In this document: piece after piece, positions 48,008 to 59,399 of the stretch
Numbering within the stretch: position 1 is the stretch's first letter
Layout of the letters: each line of letters starts with the position of its first letter
DNA from: Oikopleura dioica
Taxonomy: Eukaryota; Animalia; Chordata
Reading direction: 5' to 3'
DNA length: 64,000 nt
NCBI GenBank assembly: GCA_907165135.1
Contig: OU015568.1
Location: forward strand, 7,626,001-7,690,000
Position numbers and translations under genes: made by a program
Notes under the pieces: model-generated
The model's input: the letters and a program-made list of their open reading frames with translations, nothing else
What the model was told of the DNA's origin: nothing
Database searches by the model: none

Positions 48008-48528
48008 TGGCCTCGGAATCCTGTAAACAGGAACAGAGACAGGAACAGGGATTTTATTTTTGGCCCATTTGCAAAACAGGAAACAGGACAGGATAAAAAA
48101 CACAGGAACAGGTCCTGTTTTACAGGTTTCACAGGCTTCGCAGGCCTGTAAACTCAAATTTCAGGTTTTATTTTTCCTTGAAGAATCAAAATTAAAAATG
48201 TTTTCTCGTTATAATCATGTCTATAGACAGTTCCAACTAAAAAAAGCTTCTTTATAACATATTTGAACGAACTTCCAAGAAAATTTTACGAAAAATACCT
48301 GATCTTCCCTATTTCTCGCCTGTTTTCCTGCAATTTTTTTACAGGCCTGTTTCACTTTTACAGGGCTGTTCCTGTATACAGGCGTGTTTTCCTGTATTTC
48401 CTGTTAATAGGCCTGTTTACAGGTTTATATTGGTCTCGAAATGCAAGACAGGAAACAGGACAGGGTCCAAAAAACAGGAAACAGGACCTGTTTCAGGTTT
48501 TTAGACAGGTCAGAATTCCGAGGCCAGG
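48008..48528. mobile_element. ACAGG-rich element related to the IFI27 insertion, nested
   Basis: TIR tggcctcggaat ... attccgaggcca; interior of ACAGG/CCTGT repeats. No clear TSD. Confidence 0.75.
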
Positions 48529-49447
48529 CTGGGAGTTTCCGGATCAGATCTAAGGTGGCCAGTTTCAAAATAAAGCTTAGCTACAACTCTGGTGCCTACC
48601 TTCCTAAGCCCTAAAAATTAATTAAAAAAAATTATATATTAAAATTAAAATTAATAACATAAAATTGTTCACTTGTATTTCAAGCAGATTTGCTTCATTC
48701 GCATTTTCTTCCAGCAGGTTGAGTCCTCCTCGGGCTAACAGTTACGTCACGCCCTGGGCGAGCGCTGTTGATTCACGCAACCCTGTTAATTGAGTGCCAA
48801 AGTTTACCCTGCTAACAATGAGCACTTTTGCCAAAGTTTATCCTGCTAACATGGGGGCAAGTTTGCCTGGGGTTTTTCCTGCTAAATTCAGATTTTCGCC
48901 AACGTTTATCCTGGTAACAAGGGGATGACCTATGTTATTCGTAAACGAATAAATAGAAAATTCAAATGAAAAACGAATAATTTCGCGAATTCAAAATACC
49001 GAACCCTGGTGGGGATGATTTCGGAACTTATCTGGAATCGAATTCCAGTCAATCTCTTTCACGTCGTCTTTTTGTGGACCTTTGGCTCTGCATATGGCCT
49101 CGGTAAACTCGATCATTCACAGCAACTTTGGATATCATTTCTAGCGACATTTATCGCCTTCAAAATCGACCCCAAACGGGACGAGGTCTACCCAATTCTG
49201 AACTGGCAAAACGACGGATTCTTCCTCGATGGCGAGAAATTCCCGTTGTCTTCAAGCTGGATTCTTGTTCTTTTCATTTTTCCGATTTCAGCCGTCTTCC
49301 ACTGTTTCTTTTGGGCGATTACTAAGCTCAAACTTAGAATTATTTCAAAGCGCTCTGTTTCTTCCGACACTGCTTCATTTTAATAAATAGCTATTTGAAA
49401 TTCAAATTTTTAATGATTATATCAAATGCATAATGCATTTAATTTAA

Positions 49448-50194
49448 GGGACCTGGGCGAGCAGCGCGGAGCCGAACTTCAAGGGCTCGCAGCTTATCTT
49501 AGAAGTGAGATTTTTAAGAATTTCTTTTTGCAAATCATATCTACAAACATTCAGCTTTCTATACCTACTTTCAGAATTTCTCTATCATTACCAGTTGATG
49601 AACTAGAGAGAAAAAGAGAAGAGCAACTTCAAAAGGCATCAAGTCCTGCAAACTAAATTTTATCTTCCTGAAACTAGCACCATTGAAAAGCCCGTTTAAT
49701 TCTGCACAGATTCCACCTAATGCGCAAATACGGGACAGTACCTATTGGCGATAGAGGCTAGATAAACAAGATAACTGAGCGCGCGCTCAGCGGGAATCAT
49801 GTCCCGGAAGGCCAAAATGGCTTCATCAGAGCGTCCTACTGCGCCGCGACCAGCTGAGCGCGCTAAGTAACTTTGTTTATTTGGCGTTACTTGGCGATAA
49901 GTACGTATTTAGCTTTGCGCATTAGGTGGAATCTGTGCAGAATTAAACGGGCTTTTCAATGGTGCTAGTTTCAGGAAGATAAAATTTAGTTTGCAGGACT
50001 TGATGCCTTTTGAAGTTGCTCTTCTCTTTTTCTCTCTAGTTCATCAACCGGTAATGATAGAGAAATTTTGAAAGTAGGTATAGAAAGCTGAATGTTTGTA
50101 GATATGATTTGCAAAAAGAAATTCTTAAAAATCTCACTTCTAAGATAAGCTGCGAGCCCGTGAAGTTCGGCTCCGCGCTGCTCGCCCAGGTCCC
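49448..50194. mobile_element. TTAA-flanked foldback element, 747 bp (Kolobok-like ends)
   Basis: ttaa/GGGACCTGGGCGAGCAGC ... GCTGCTCGCCCAGGTCCC/ttaa, with near-identical arms of about 280 bp. Confidence 0.9.
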
Positions 50195-50423
50195 TTAATG
50201 CATAAAATTTTTATGGCAAACCAGTTTCCACGAGCCGCTGCGGGCCGTCGAAAGAATGAAAATTGAAAAACTCTGGGGTAACCCAGAGAAACTCCACTCG
50301 AGGCAACTCGAGCGAGTTTTTTATCCGCGGTTATTTTTTTTTCTCGGTTGATTATTCTTTGCGTTTATTTTCTTGCTTCTTGGTTAATGCCGCACCAATG
50401 TACGTTACGTTTGTTTCTTCGGT

Positions 50424-50495
50424 TAGGTAGCGTGATTCGAACTCGTGCGCATCGAGCCGCAGCGCTGGGCGCTAACCAGCGGGCCACCCGGGTGG
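50424..50495 (-). ncRNA. tRNA-like Pol III element (tRNA pseudogene or SINE head)
   Basis: A-box-like TGGCCCGCTGGTTAGCGC and B-box GAGTTCGAATC at tRNA spacing; stems pair poorly. Confidence 0.4.
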
Positions 50496-50844
50496 CTGAT
50501 CGAGGAACTTGTAATCAGGTACAAATAGGTATACATACAGCAAAAAAAACTTCAATTTGAAAGTTACCGTATTCCTTCAACCAGTGGCTTTTCTGTGTAG
50601 ACAATTCCTGACGTTATATCAAAAATAAGGTCATAGAATCAGTCTTAAAGGCGCATAAGCCTCAATAATACAGATATAAACTTACAGTTATAATTTAGAG
50701 ACCATAATTACGGCTTTGAAAATCAACTTCTGATACTAAAAGATGTGGCCAATCAGCGCGCGCGGAGAATCTTCTTTTTTTAATCGAAAACTAGAGAAAT
50801 TCCTGTCGCTTTTTCAATTTTATTCTTTCTGAAAAGTAAAACCT

Positions 50845-53800
50845 TTGGTCTTCAATAATTCGAATTTAGAAAAGATGTCGAACTCGTTAATTGACTTTTG
50901 CTCTTTGACTTCCCAATTAGAGCATTCTGTGGCCTCTCAAAAGTTCCAGAACTTACCCTCCCTTCTCGAAAACGACACCGATCTCGTTTACTTTCTCAGT
51001 TTTATTCCCCAGTTCCACAAAAATGTCCGCAAAGCCGCTTGGAAGAGCTGTCAAAAGAAGTTCAAATCATCGAATGGCGCTGAAATGATCGAAGAAGCTT
51101 TTAAAAATCAGAAAACAGAAGAACTGCGAAAGGATTTCTTGTATTTTATCAGCTCATACGGGGACCCGAAATGTCTTCTTGGGCTGGAAACCTTTTCCTG
51201 GCTGGTTAAAAGGACTGAAGAAGCGATTCAATCACTCGAAGATCTTCAAGATTTAGCCACATTGACGAAAATACTCAACTCTACGATAAAAGTCCTTTCA
51301 GAGAGTCAAATCGCTTCAGTCTCCACTCTCATCCCTTTCATGAAAAACGCCCTTCAGAAAACTGAATTTCATCTTCACATAGAACTCTGTGCATCCTGCG
51401 CTGTTACCATCGTTAATTTTGGGATTGTGAAACAATTTAGTCCCGACGAGTTTTTCGCCTTTTTGGAATTGGAAAAAGAAGACAATGATGTGGTTTATAA
51501 GTTGTTTATTGTTCGAGCTTTGGTTTCGTGTCTGCCGGAAGAATCGCTGCTCATGGACTTTGAGAGCTGGAGAATTTGCGACTTTTTGATTGCGACGATG
51601 ATTGACATTAGGTGAGCTTTATCAATTGATATGCGATCGATCGATTCAGTACAGTTTTTCAGATATAGTTTCATTTCAAATAATAACGTGATAGGAAAAC
51701 TACATTTCTCTTATTGGTCACGAGGTCATATCTAGTACGGTTTAGAAGTCTACAGATGTAACGGGCCATCCTAAAACAAACAGTTTTTTTGCTTGAGACT
51801 CATTTTAATGTTTTGATTGATTTTTATATTTTCTGCCCTTATACTCGCTTTGGCCATCCATCGGCTGCATATGTCCTCTTTTAGGCCACCTGCTACGGAG
51901 CTATTGCCTCCAATTTCGATTCTTATCAGCTTCCAGGAATGAACCAAACCTCTTACTCTTATCTTTTTAGCTTGAAAACTACCCTTCAACCAACCCAAAT
52001 CTGCTACGCTGTCCGAGGCCTCACCGAGTCTGTCGAATTCTTCCAGCGCAAGAAAATCTCTCTTTCAGAAGAAATTTTCTCCCTTCTCCAAAAAAGCGGG
52101 ATCTTGACGAAGATGAGCGAGCATCCTCTCGACGTCGTCCGTGTCAACTCTTGGAAATTAATCAAAATCGTTGCGCAACATAAACTTTCAACTACAACGG
52201 AAGATTTGATTAGACTTGAGGTTATAACAATCATCAATAATGGTTTCTCGACGAGAAGCGAAACAATCTGGCTAACGAATTTGATGGACCCAGTCATTTT
52301 GGAATCTAATATTTTGCGAATCGCGAAAATCGTCGAAAAAGCACTTGAAAACGGAAAAGAACAGTCGATGGCTCCTCTATCCGGCGCTCTTCTTGGAAAA
52401 TGCTTCGAAGTTTGTCCAGAAACAACTCTCTTTTCAATCATGTGCCGCTTCCCGATCATTTGCGACAAGTACGACCCAAACGCGAGGAGGCTCTTTTTCG
52501 AAGTGATTCTGCCGAAAATGCTGGCGACGAAAAAAGTCGGCGAGGCTTTCCTTTCCCATTGCAAGAACTTCAAATCGCCAGAAACGACTCAATTGATCAT
52601 TTCAATTTTGAAGCTCCAAAAGACCTCTTTCTCCGATGGACTGATTTCGACTGATGATTTGAAACAACTTCTTTTCTCGAAATCCATTGATTCCCGACTC
52701 AACACTCTTGGCTACATAACGACCTCCTGGAAAACAGCGATGCCCTTTTCAACCCTTTCGTTGGATCTCATCAGAACATCTATTTCTTGCAATTTGAATC
52801 TCCAGCGACCTTCGCACCGCCAGCTTTTGAATTCCATCCTTTCTCGAGTCTTTTCTCGTTTCGACGCTAGTTTCGTTTACTCAAAGTCTCAGGAAGATTA
52901 TTTAAAATTCATCGAATTCATCGTCAATCTGTCTTTGAATGAGCTCGTTCCTGGCGCTTCTATGGCTCGTAATAGTCTTATTTTGACTTACTTGAACTAC
53001 GTAATGGATTTACGCAACGATTCTCTACGAAAACACGTGATCAAAGTCATTTCAAAACTGACCGATATTCTTTTTGAACGACTCAAGTCCCTCCTCTTCA
53101 ATTCCTTCCAAGAAGTCGCCAAGAACGCCCAGCAAACGCTCCTCAAACTTTCCAATCTTTGCAAATTTACCCCGTCTTCCCAAGTCAAAAGTATAGAACT
53201 GTTGAGGAAGAGCAAGAGTCTCAGCGATTCCAGCGGTCTCGTCTACTTACTTATCTTTGATCTGGAATCGGAGGCGCGGCGAGAAAAGATTCCGATTGAA
53301 AAGCTCGCCGGAAACTTTGTCCTCGAGATATGTGAGAAGCTAGACGAAGACTTAGGGAACGCTGATCTGGCTTCCTGTGCGACGAGTAAGCCTCACTATG
53401 GACTGCTTGCGGGGCTTGAGGCTCTTCTCCCTTACTTGAAAAACGCCCATTCCTCTATGAAAGAAATTCTCGCCCAAAAGTTGCTAAATATCTGCGCGAA
53501 AGCAAACGATTTCGCCATCCCAGTCGTCAACGCTTCTTCTCCCGAAGGCTTTCTTCCTGAGTCCGACATTTCCAAAGACTTTGAGTCGCTCAAACTCGAT
53601 GGACGAAGAATCGGCTCTGACTCTACTGAACTCGCGCAATTATTGCTCGTCATGTGCTGGAGAATCACGAAGTCAGTTTCGATGCTGATGGGATCGATGT
53701 GCGCGGTACTGAGTGCGCAAATCGAGTGCTATGAGAAATGTGCGGCTTATTTTGTGACGCAGTTAACCAAAGGAAGACACAGGTGAATATTCCTTTCAAT

Positions 53801-55568
53801 CATAGAAGACGTAGATAGATAATTAAAATTTGCAGAGGGGCATTTGAGCTGGCTGCCACAGGATTCACCGAGCTATGCCAAGAAGTCCGTAAGCAAAAAG
53901 ACCCGCGTTTCTCGAAGCTTCTTGATAAATGGCTTGACGATTGTCTGGCTATCTTGAAGGATGAGGAAAAGGTGAAACGTTTATGCAATACGCGTCGTTC
54001 TGCGGGTCTGCCATTTATGTTTGTCGCCATTTGTTCAGCAGACGTCGGGACGAGATCGAAGCCATTGCTAATTAGGACACTGGCGGAAATTTTCCCCCTG
54101 GCCGAGGATCTGTCCGACGAAGAAGTCGCCTGCCATGCTAGGAATATTCTAAGGTACTCTCTTTTTCCATTGAAATCGTAATTTATTCAATTTTGAACTT
54201 TAGAGCTTTATTTCGCGAGTCAAACTTCGGCGAAGACGTCCTCCAATACGCTGAAAAAGCGATGGTCATGTCGATCGCTGGATTCGCTGATAAGACCTGG
54301 GCGCTGAGGAATACCAGTGCGATGATGTACTCGACTCTGAGTTCGAGAATATTTGGAGTTAAGAAGACGGATGATGAGCAAAAAATCTCATCGTCAGAGT
54401 TTTTCTCGAGATTTCCAGTGCTGCAGAAGGCCTTGTTAGAGAATTTAGGAACGGCTAATAATCATTCTTCGACAGAACGATGAATGCTTATCGTTTCACG
54501 CGGAAAATTGTCTTCATCAAATTATTCAGAAAAAAAGCCTCAGAAAAGAGAGCGCTGCGAAGAAGGTCAACAGCCCTTCCCTTCCTCCAACGCTTTTACC
54601 GTCGCTTATCATCATTCAACGGCTTTTTCCAACAAGCACTGGGTCGACAGAGATCAACTTTATCCCCAGTCTGATTCTCCTCTCTGGAACAAAAGTCTGG
54701 AAAGGCAGGCAAATCGCCGCGCGCTGCTTTGCTTCACTCAATAATCGACCACTATCTACTTTTGAAAAAGAATTCATGGAAATTTTGGGATCGCAGAACG
54801 AAAATAGAATTCATGGACTTCTTTTGCTGATAACAAGTGATAAGGAGTCGTTGAATACGCTTTCTCCTTGTGTCTTAAGGTCTTGGTCGTAAATTTTTGT
54901 CTATTTATTTGGACATTTGAAACTGGGCTCGGGATTCTGTGCAGAAACCCGAGTCAGGGTCCCCTGTAAGTTACAGGGCCTGTAACACCATTACGAAGCG
55001 ACTTCGCCAAAATTACTCTTATCATAAGAGTCTTATGCTCTTTCGGGTATCTGACTCAGGCTTCAACACAGGTTGAAATGCCCAGTTTATGATCGTCCAA
55101 ACAAATCGATTCAAGACTATAAATTTATGATCATCTGAAACAGTGGAATCATGGAGAAAGCCTCTCAATTTTCCATCGCTAGTCAGTCGCTAATCATAAA
55201 GCTAGCGACGATGCTGCCGAAGGAAGAGAATATCGTCACACTGGCGGAATCGATTATCCTCTCAAAGTCTAAAAACGTAGACATGGCGGAACTGGAGTTT
55301 TATGAAAATGCGTCGCGATTTTCTGTCGAAAACGATTCGGATCATTTGATGGAGCATTTACTGAAACGGGGTGGAAATGCTGCGAGAGCACTTGTGTCTG
55401 ATGAGGGCTTTCAACAACGGAAATTATGGAAAGAAGAGGCGATATTAGACGAGTTGGTGGAATTGCTGATTAAATCTGATTGCGATGAGACGAAAATAGG
55501 GGTGGCAAAGGTGTTGGCGTCTGGGAAAGTCGAGGATGAGAAAAGAAGGGAGATGCTAAAGGGCCTTG
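50845..55568 (+). CDS. THADA: THADA / Trm732 (DUF2428) main body
   Basis: SSPEGFLP, LLVMCWR, RH/RGAFELAATGF, TRRSAGLPF, CHARNILR/ALFRES, WALRNTSAMMYSTLSSRIFG, FFSRFP. Confidence 0.92.
54923..55085. mobile_element. Diverged CTGGG-family MITE in THADA intron
   Basis: ctgggctcgggattctgtgcagaaacccgagtcaggg ... tgactcaggcttcaacacaggttgaaatgcccag. Confidence 0.75.
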
Positions 55569-55834
55569 GTAAGTACCAATTTCTATCGTCAATTTTTGTC
55601 TGGCAGACACACCCTGGGCGTAAAAAAATCGCAGCGTGAAATGAATGTTCACTTTTTGTCGAATCAAAGAGCGCAAACTCAGTGCGGACCGAACCAATCG
55701 CCGCATCTTTTTTCATTATCGAGGTCAAGATCAATCTTCTCCCGTTCGCGGGCTTTTTTTTACTCGTGCCTTCCAATTTTAATTGCCGATATTTGAAGAG
55801 ATTTCTGAGGAATGAAATTTTGAAAAAAAAGAAG

Positions 55835-58432
55835 ATGCCACGTAGAGATTCGAATAAGAATGAAGCCTTGAAAACATCTCCCAAAGAGAAAAAAAGACAT
55901 AAGGTAAAGCTTATTGTCGTTTTTTTCTCCGCTAATTTGTTTTTAGTGCGTTGAATGTGGAGCTTCTTTGTCATCAAAATCTCACCTAGATAGACACTTG
56001 ATGATTCATAGGGATGAAAGACCATTTCCTTGTGACACATGTGGATTTGCTTTTCGATTTAGATCCGATCTCAAACGTCATCAACTTCATTCTTGTCAGA
56101 AAAATTGGAAATGTCTGATTTGCGGGGAGGAATTTCGGAACAAGCATCTCTTACACTGTCACATCAAAAAATGTGGAAATGATGATGGGAAAGAACCTGA
56201 AAAACAGATAAAAAGAAAGAAGAAACTACCCGAAGATCAAGAATATTCTTATGACGACGACGGAAAAACAATTTGCTCTATCTGCGACGAGAAAATTCAC
56301 CCGAATAGTATCCATAGACATATTCGTGACGTGCACAAGAAGAAAAGGGCGTTTAAAGTCTCTATACCCAGATTAAGTCCTTGATTCTAGCTTTTCTTTT
56401 AGTGCGATAACTGTGGAAACTTTTTTCGTCGTGAAGATCAACTGGAGAATCACAAACTTCGCTGCAAAGAAGATTCCGAGGAAGAAGTGGATGAATTTGA
56501 GCCAGAAGAGCTAGAGCCAGATGAGTTAGTTGCAGAAGAACCGCTGGAGGATCTGGAAGCAAACGACGAAGTTGAATGTGAATATTGCGAGAAAACTTTC
56601 GATACTATGATGAATCTCAGGAGACATATTTCTAAAGCTCATCCCAACAAAAAGCATTACAAGGTAGAACATGTTTTCCTCATAAAATTGTGTCATTATG
56701 ATGATTTTAGTGTGAAAAGGGCGGAGTAGCATTCAAAAGATTCCGCGAGCTTAGGGATCATGAAAACGGATGTGCGCGTGTTGAAGAAGAAGAAGAAGAC
56801 GAAGAAAAGGAAGGATCTGGGGAAGAGTCTGACGACGAGAGCGAAGAATCGGACGTTCCGAGTAATTTTAAGCCAGCCCATCTGAAGGAGAAGCCTTTCA
56901 CGGTAAATTTTAATGAAAAATAAGTATAAAGAAGCTATATTTTGTTTTAGTGCGACGATTGTGGAAAACGGTTCAGAACAAAAAGCAACTTATCGCAACA
57001 TGAAATGGTCCATAAAGACGTCTATCCCTTTAGCTGTGAAAAATGTGGATCAAGGTTCAAATGGCAAGCTGGACTCTCTCGGCATAGAAAAAAACAGAAA
57101 GAAAAATGTAAACTTCTTCAGATGAATCAAAAATCCAACGATGAACACGAAGAACCAAAAGTCGAAGAAGTTACTATTGAAGAGGTGTCTGATGACGATT
57201 TCCAGGATTTTGAGGAATTGAACGGCAAAGAAGAATCTATTGATGAATATGAAGAAGAGATCGCCCCCTCAAATTTGAAAAAGAGAAAAAGATCAACTTC
57301 TAAATCAAAGAGCAAGACTTATAAGGTAACTTACCTATCTAAGTATGGAATACCTTTAATTGAATGCAAAAATTTATACTTTGTTTAAGTGTGATGAATG
57401 TGGACAACAGTTCCGATCAAGAAATGGTTGGAAGGATCACCAAAAGCTTCACAGTGAAGTCTTTGAATATTCTTGTGAGGAGTGCGGGTTGCAATTCAAG
57501 CTGCGTCAGACGCTTAATTCTCATAAGCGAAGATGCCATCCGCATAAAAACAGCGAGATAAACATCGTGGAAATAACAATTGAAGAAGACTCTTATGAAA
57601 TTGAGATTTCTACGGAGGAAGAAAAATCTTTCGCCGAATCTAAAGGCTCTTCCACTACTTCGAAACGCAGAGAAAAGAAAGATTCTTACAAGGTAGGGAT
57701 AAATAACGATATGAAAAAGATCTATTATAATTTATTATAGTGCGATGAATGTGGAAAAGAATTCAAGTGGCATTGCGAGCTCAAAAATCACCGAAAAATT
57801 CACGGAAATGTTTATTCTTACCGCTGCGAAAAATGCGGATCGAAATTCAAGCAGCCACAGGGCCTTTACGGCCATAGAAAGAACCAAAAAGAACTCTGCA
57901 ATTTTCTTACAATTGACTTCACTTCGATACCTAAAGACGATGAAAATGAGGAAATAAAACTTGAGGAAATGACAATCGAAGAGGTGCTGGAAGATAAGTT
58001 CAATGAATTAGAGCTGGAAGAATCAACAGTTTCAAATCAGTCGAAAGAAAAAGTATCTGGCGTCAACGAAGATGATTCTTTCAAAGTTCCCAAATCACCG
58101 AAGATCCCTACGTTGATGTAAGCTTCAAGACTCAAATTTCATTTATTTAACTTTGACCTAGAATACCTAAAGAAGATCTCAAACGACCAAAGAAAGTCTC
58201 CAAGCAGAAAACACTGATGCGAAAGCGCAAGCACTTGAAAATCAAAGCTCGACGGATCATCAACCGAGTAATGCACTACCACGTCAACGAGGAAGACGAG
58301 GACGGAAGTGTGACGCCAAGATGGCTGCCCATTTTCGAAGTGAAAGACTTCAACGATGTGATTGAATTCGAAAAGTTCATGGATAAAGTAGAAAAGGGCT
58401 CGGAAGACGACCGATTCGTACCTCAAGAATAG
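55835..58432 (+). CDS. Multi-C2H2/C2HC zinc-finger protein with acidic linkers and a C-terminal chromo-like domain
   Basis: Repeated C-x2-C...H-x3-(H/C) fingers over several exons; last exon ...KIKARRIINRVMHYHVNEEDEDGSVTPRWLPIFEV.... 5' end approximate. Confidence 0.85.
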
Positions 58433-58607
58433 ACACCAGAACAACTTCACTGCCTATTATTTAACTTTAACACGGATACAATTTATTGAAAAATAAACTC
58501 ACAACAAAAATAATATATCAAGATTCTTCTTTTATCATGGCCCCGGGTTCGCGCGATCTTTCTGTCTGCCAGACAAATACTGCCAGTAAAGTTCAAAATC
58601 TCTTTAG

Positions 58608-59349
58608 CGAAAGAAATCAGAACGGACCTCGTCCAGAACGCAGAGCTCACTGGGCTCATCCTAGAACTCCTCCTGGAAATTGGCGAAGAGGAAGAAGTGT
58701 CAAAGCATCTAAGCGAAGCTTCAAAGCCTCATCAACATTGGATCCTCCGTCGAAGCGCGGCGATATGCTGTACCAAGCTCATGTTTGAGCGGGAAAAGAA
58801 AACAGTGCCATCCCAAGTGTCTGAGTGTCTACTCAGATGTTGGGTAGATGAGGATGGAGATGTGCGCGAACCAATTGTAGAGCGACTGGGAGACATTCCA
58901 TTTATTGATGGCAAGTCTCCGTTTATGGACTTTTGGCATGAGAAGGCGGAACAAGGAAATGCGCTGGAAATATTGATTCGAATCGGGTTCAAGAATGAGA
59001 GCGAAGCCTTCAGCTTGTTTCAAGAGGTAGGAGTTTAGCCCTGAAGCCACATCTTTATTTATATTTTCAGCGAGCTACTGCATTTGACGTCGTTAATCTG
59101 AATCAAAACTTCGAACCAGTTCTGATGACTCGTCTTGCTCTCTATGGAATCAAGAAACTAGCAGATACGGTAAGACCATCCTAGTATGAACTCCTTTATA
59201 ATTTAATTTAGGATGATATGGAAAAATTACGAACGATATCAAGAAGCCTGACTAAACTACTGAAAGAGATATCGCACGAAAACGAAAAGCCAACGGAAGT
59301 GACAAAGCTACAGTACAGATTACTGTCAGATTTTATCGCTGAACTCTAA
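58608..59349 (+). CDS. HEAT-like exons resembling the THADA C-terminus
   Basis: LSEASKPHQHWILRRSAA...SECLLRCWVDEDGDVREPIV...FSLFQE; three exons ending DFIAEL*. No in-frame upstream ATG without splicing. Confidence 0.6.
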
Positions 59350-59399
59350 TCAATAATAAACAGAATCAAGCGAAGACGTCGTTTGTACAGAATTTTTAT

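Larger units (their letters stand above)
46754..49008. mobile_element. Nested hAT-type composite (outer TIR CAGGGTTCGGTATTTTGAATTCG)
   Basis: Perfect TSD GTGGGGAT (46746-46753, 49009-49016); contains about 400-bp inverted arms (about 47107-47515 and 48580-48940). Confidence 0.92.
46200..49383 (+). pseudogene. Rolling stone-like (FAR-17a/AIG1-like) multipass membrane gene interrupted by a 2.25-kb insertion
   Basis: FLTNW, IYEI..SLLVVVAFW, FHGHIMVAVG[insertion]MISELIWNRIP, YPILNW, WAITKLK. Removing the element plus one TSD restores the frame. Functional status unknown; 5' end approximate. Confidence 0.7.

Noticed and set aside
4420-54930. 8-bp TSDs for all short CTGGG MITE copies
   Set aside because: Only the 9200 (7/8) and 37223 (6/8) copies show convincing duplications; for the others I could not support a TSD.
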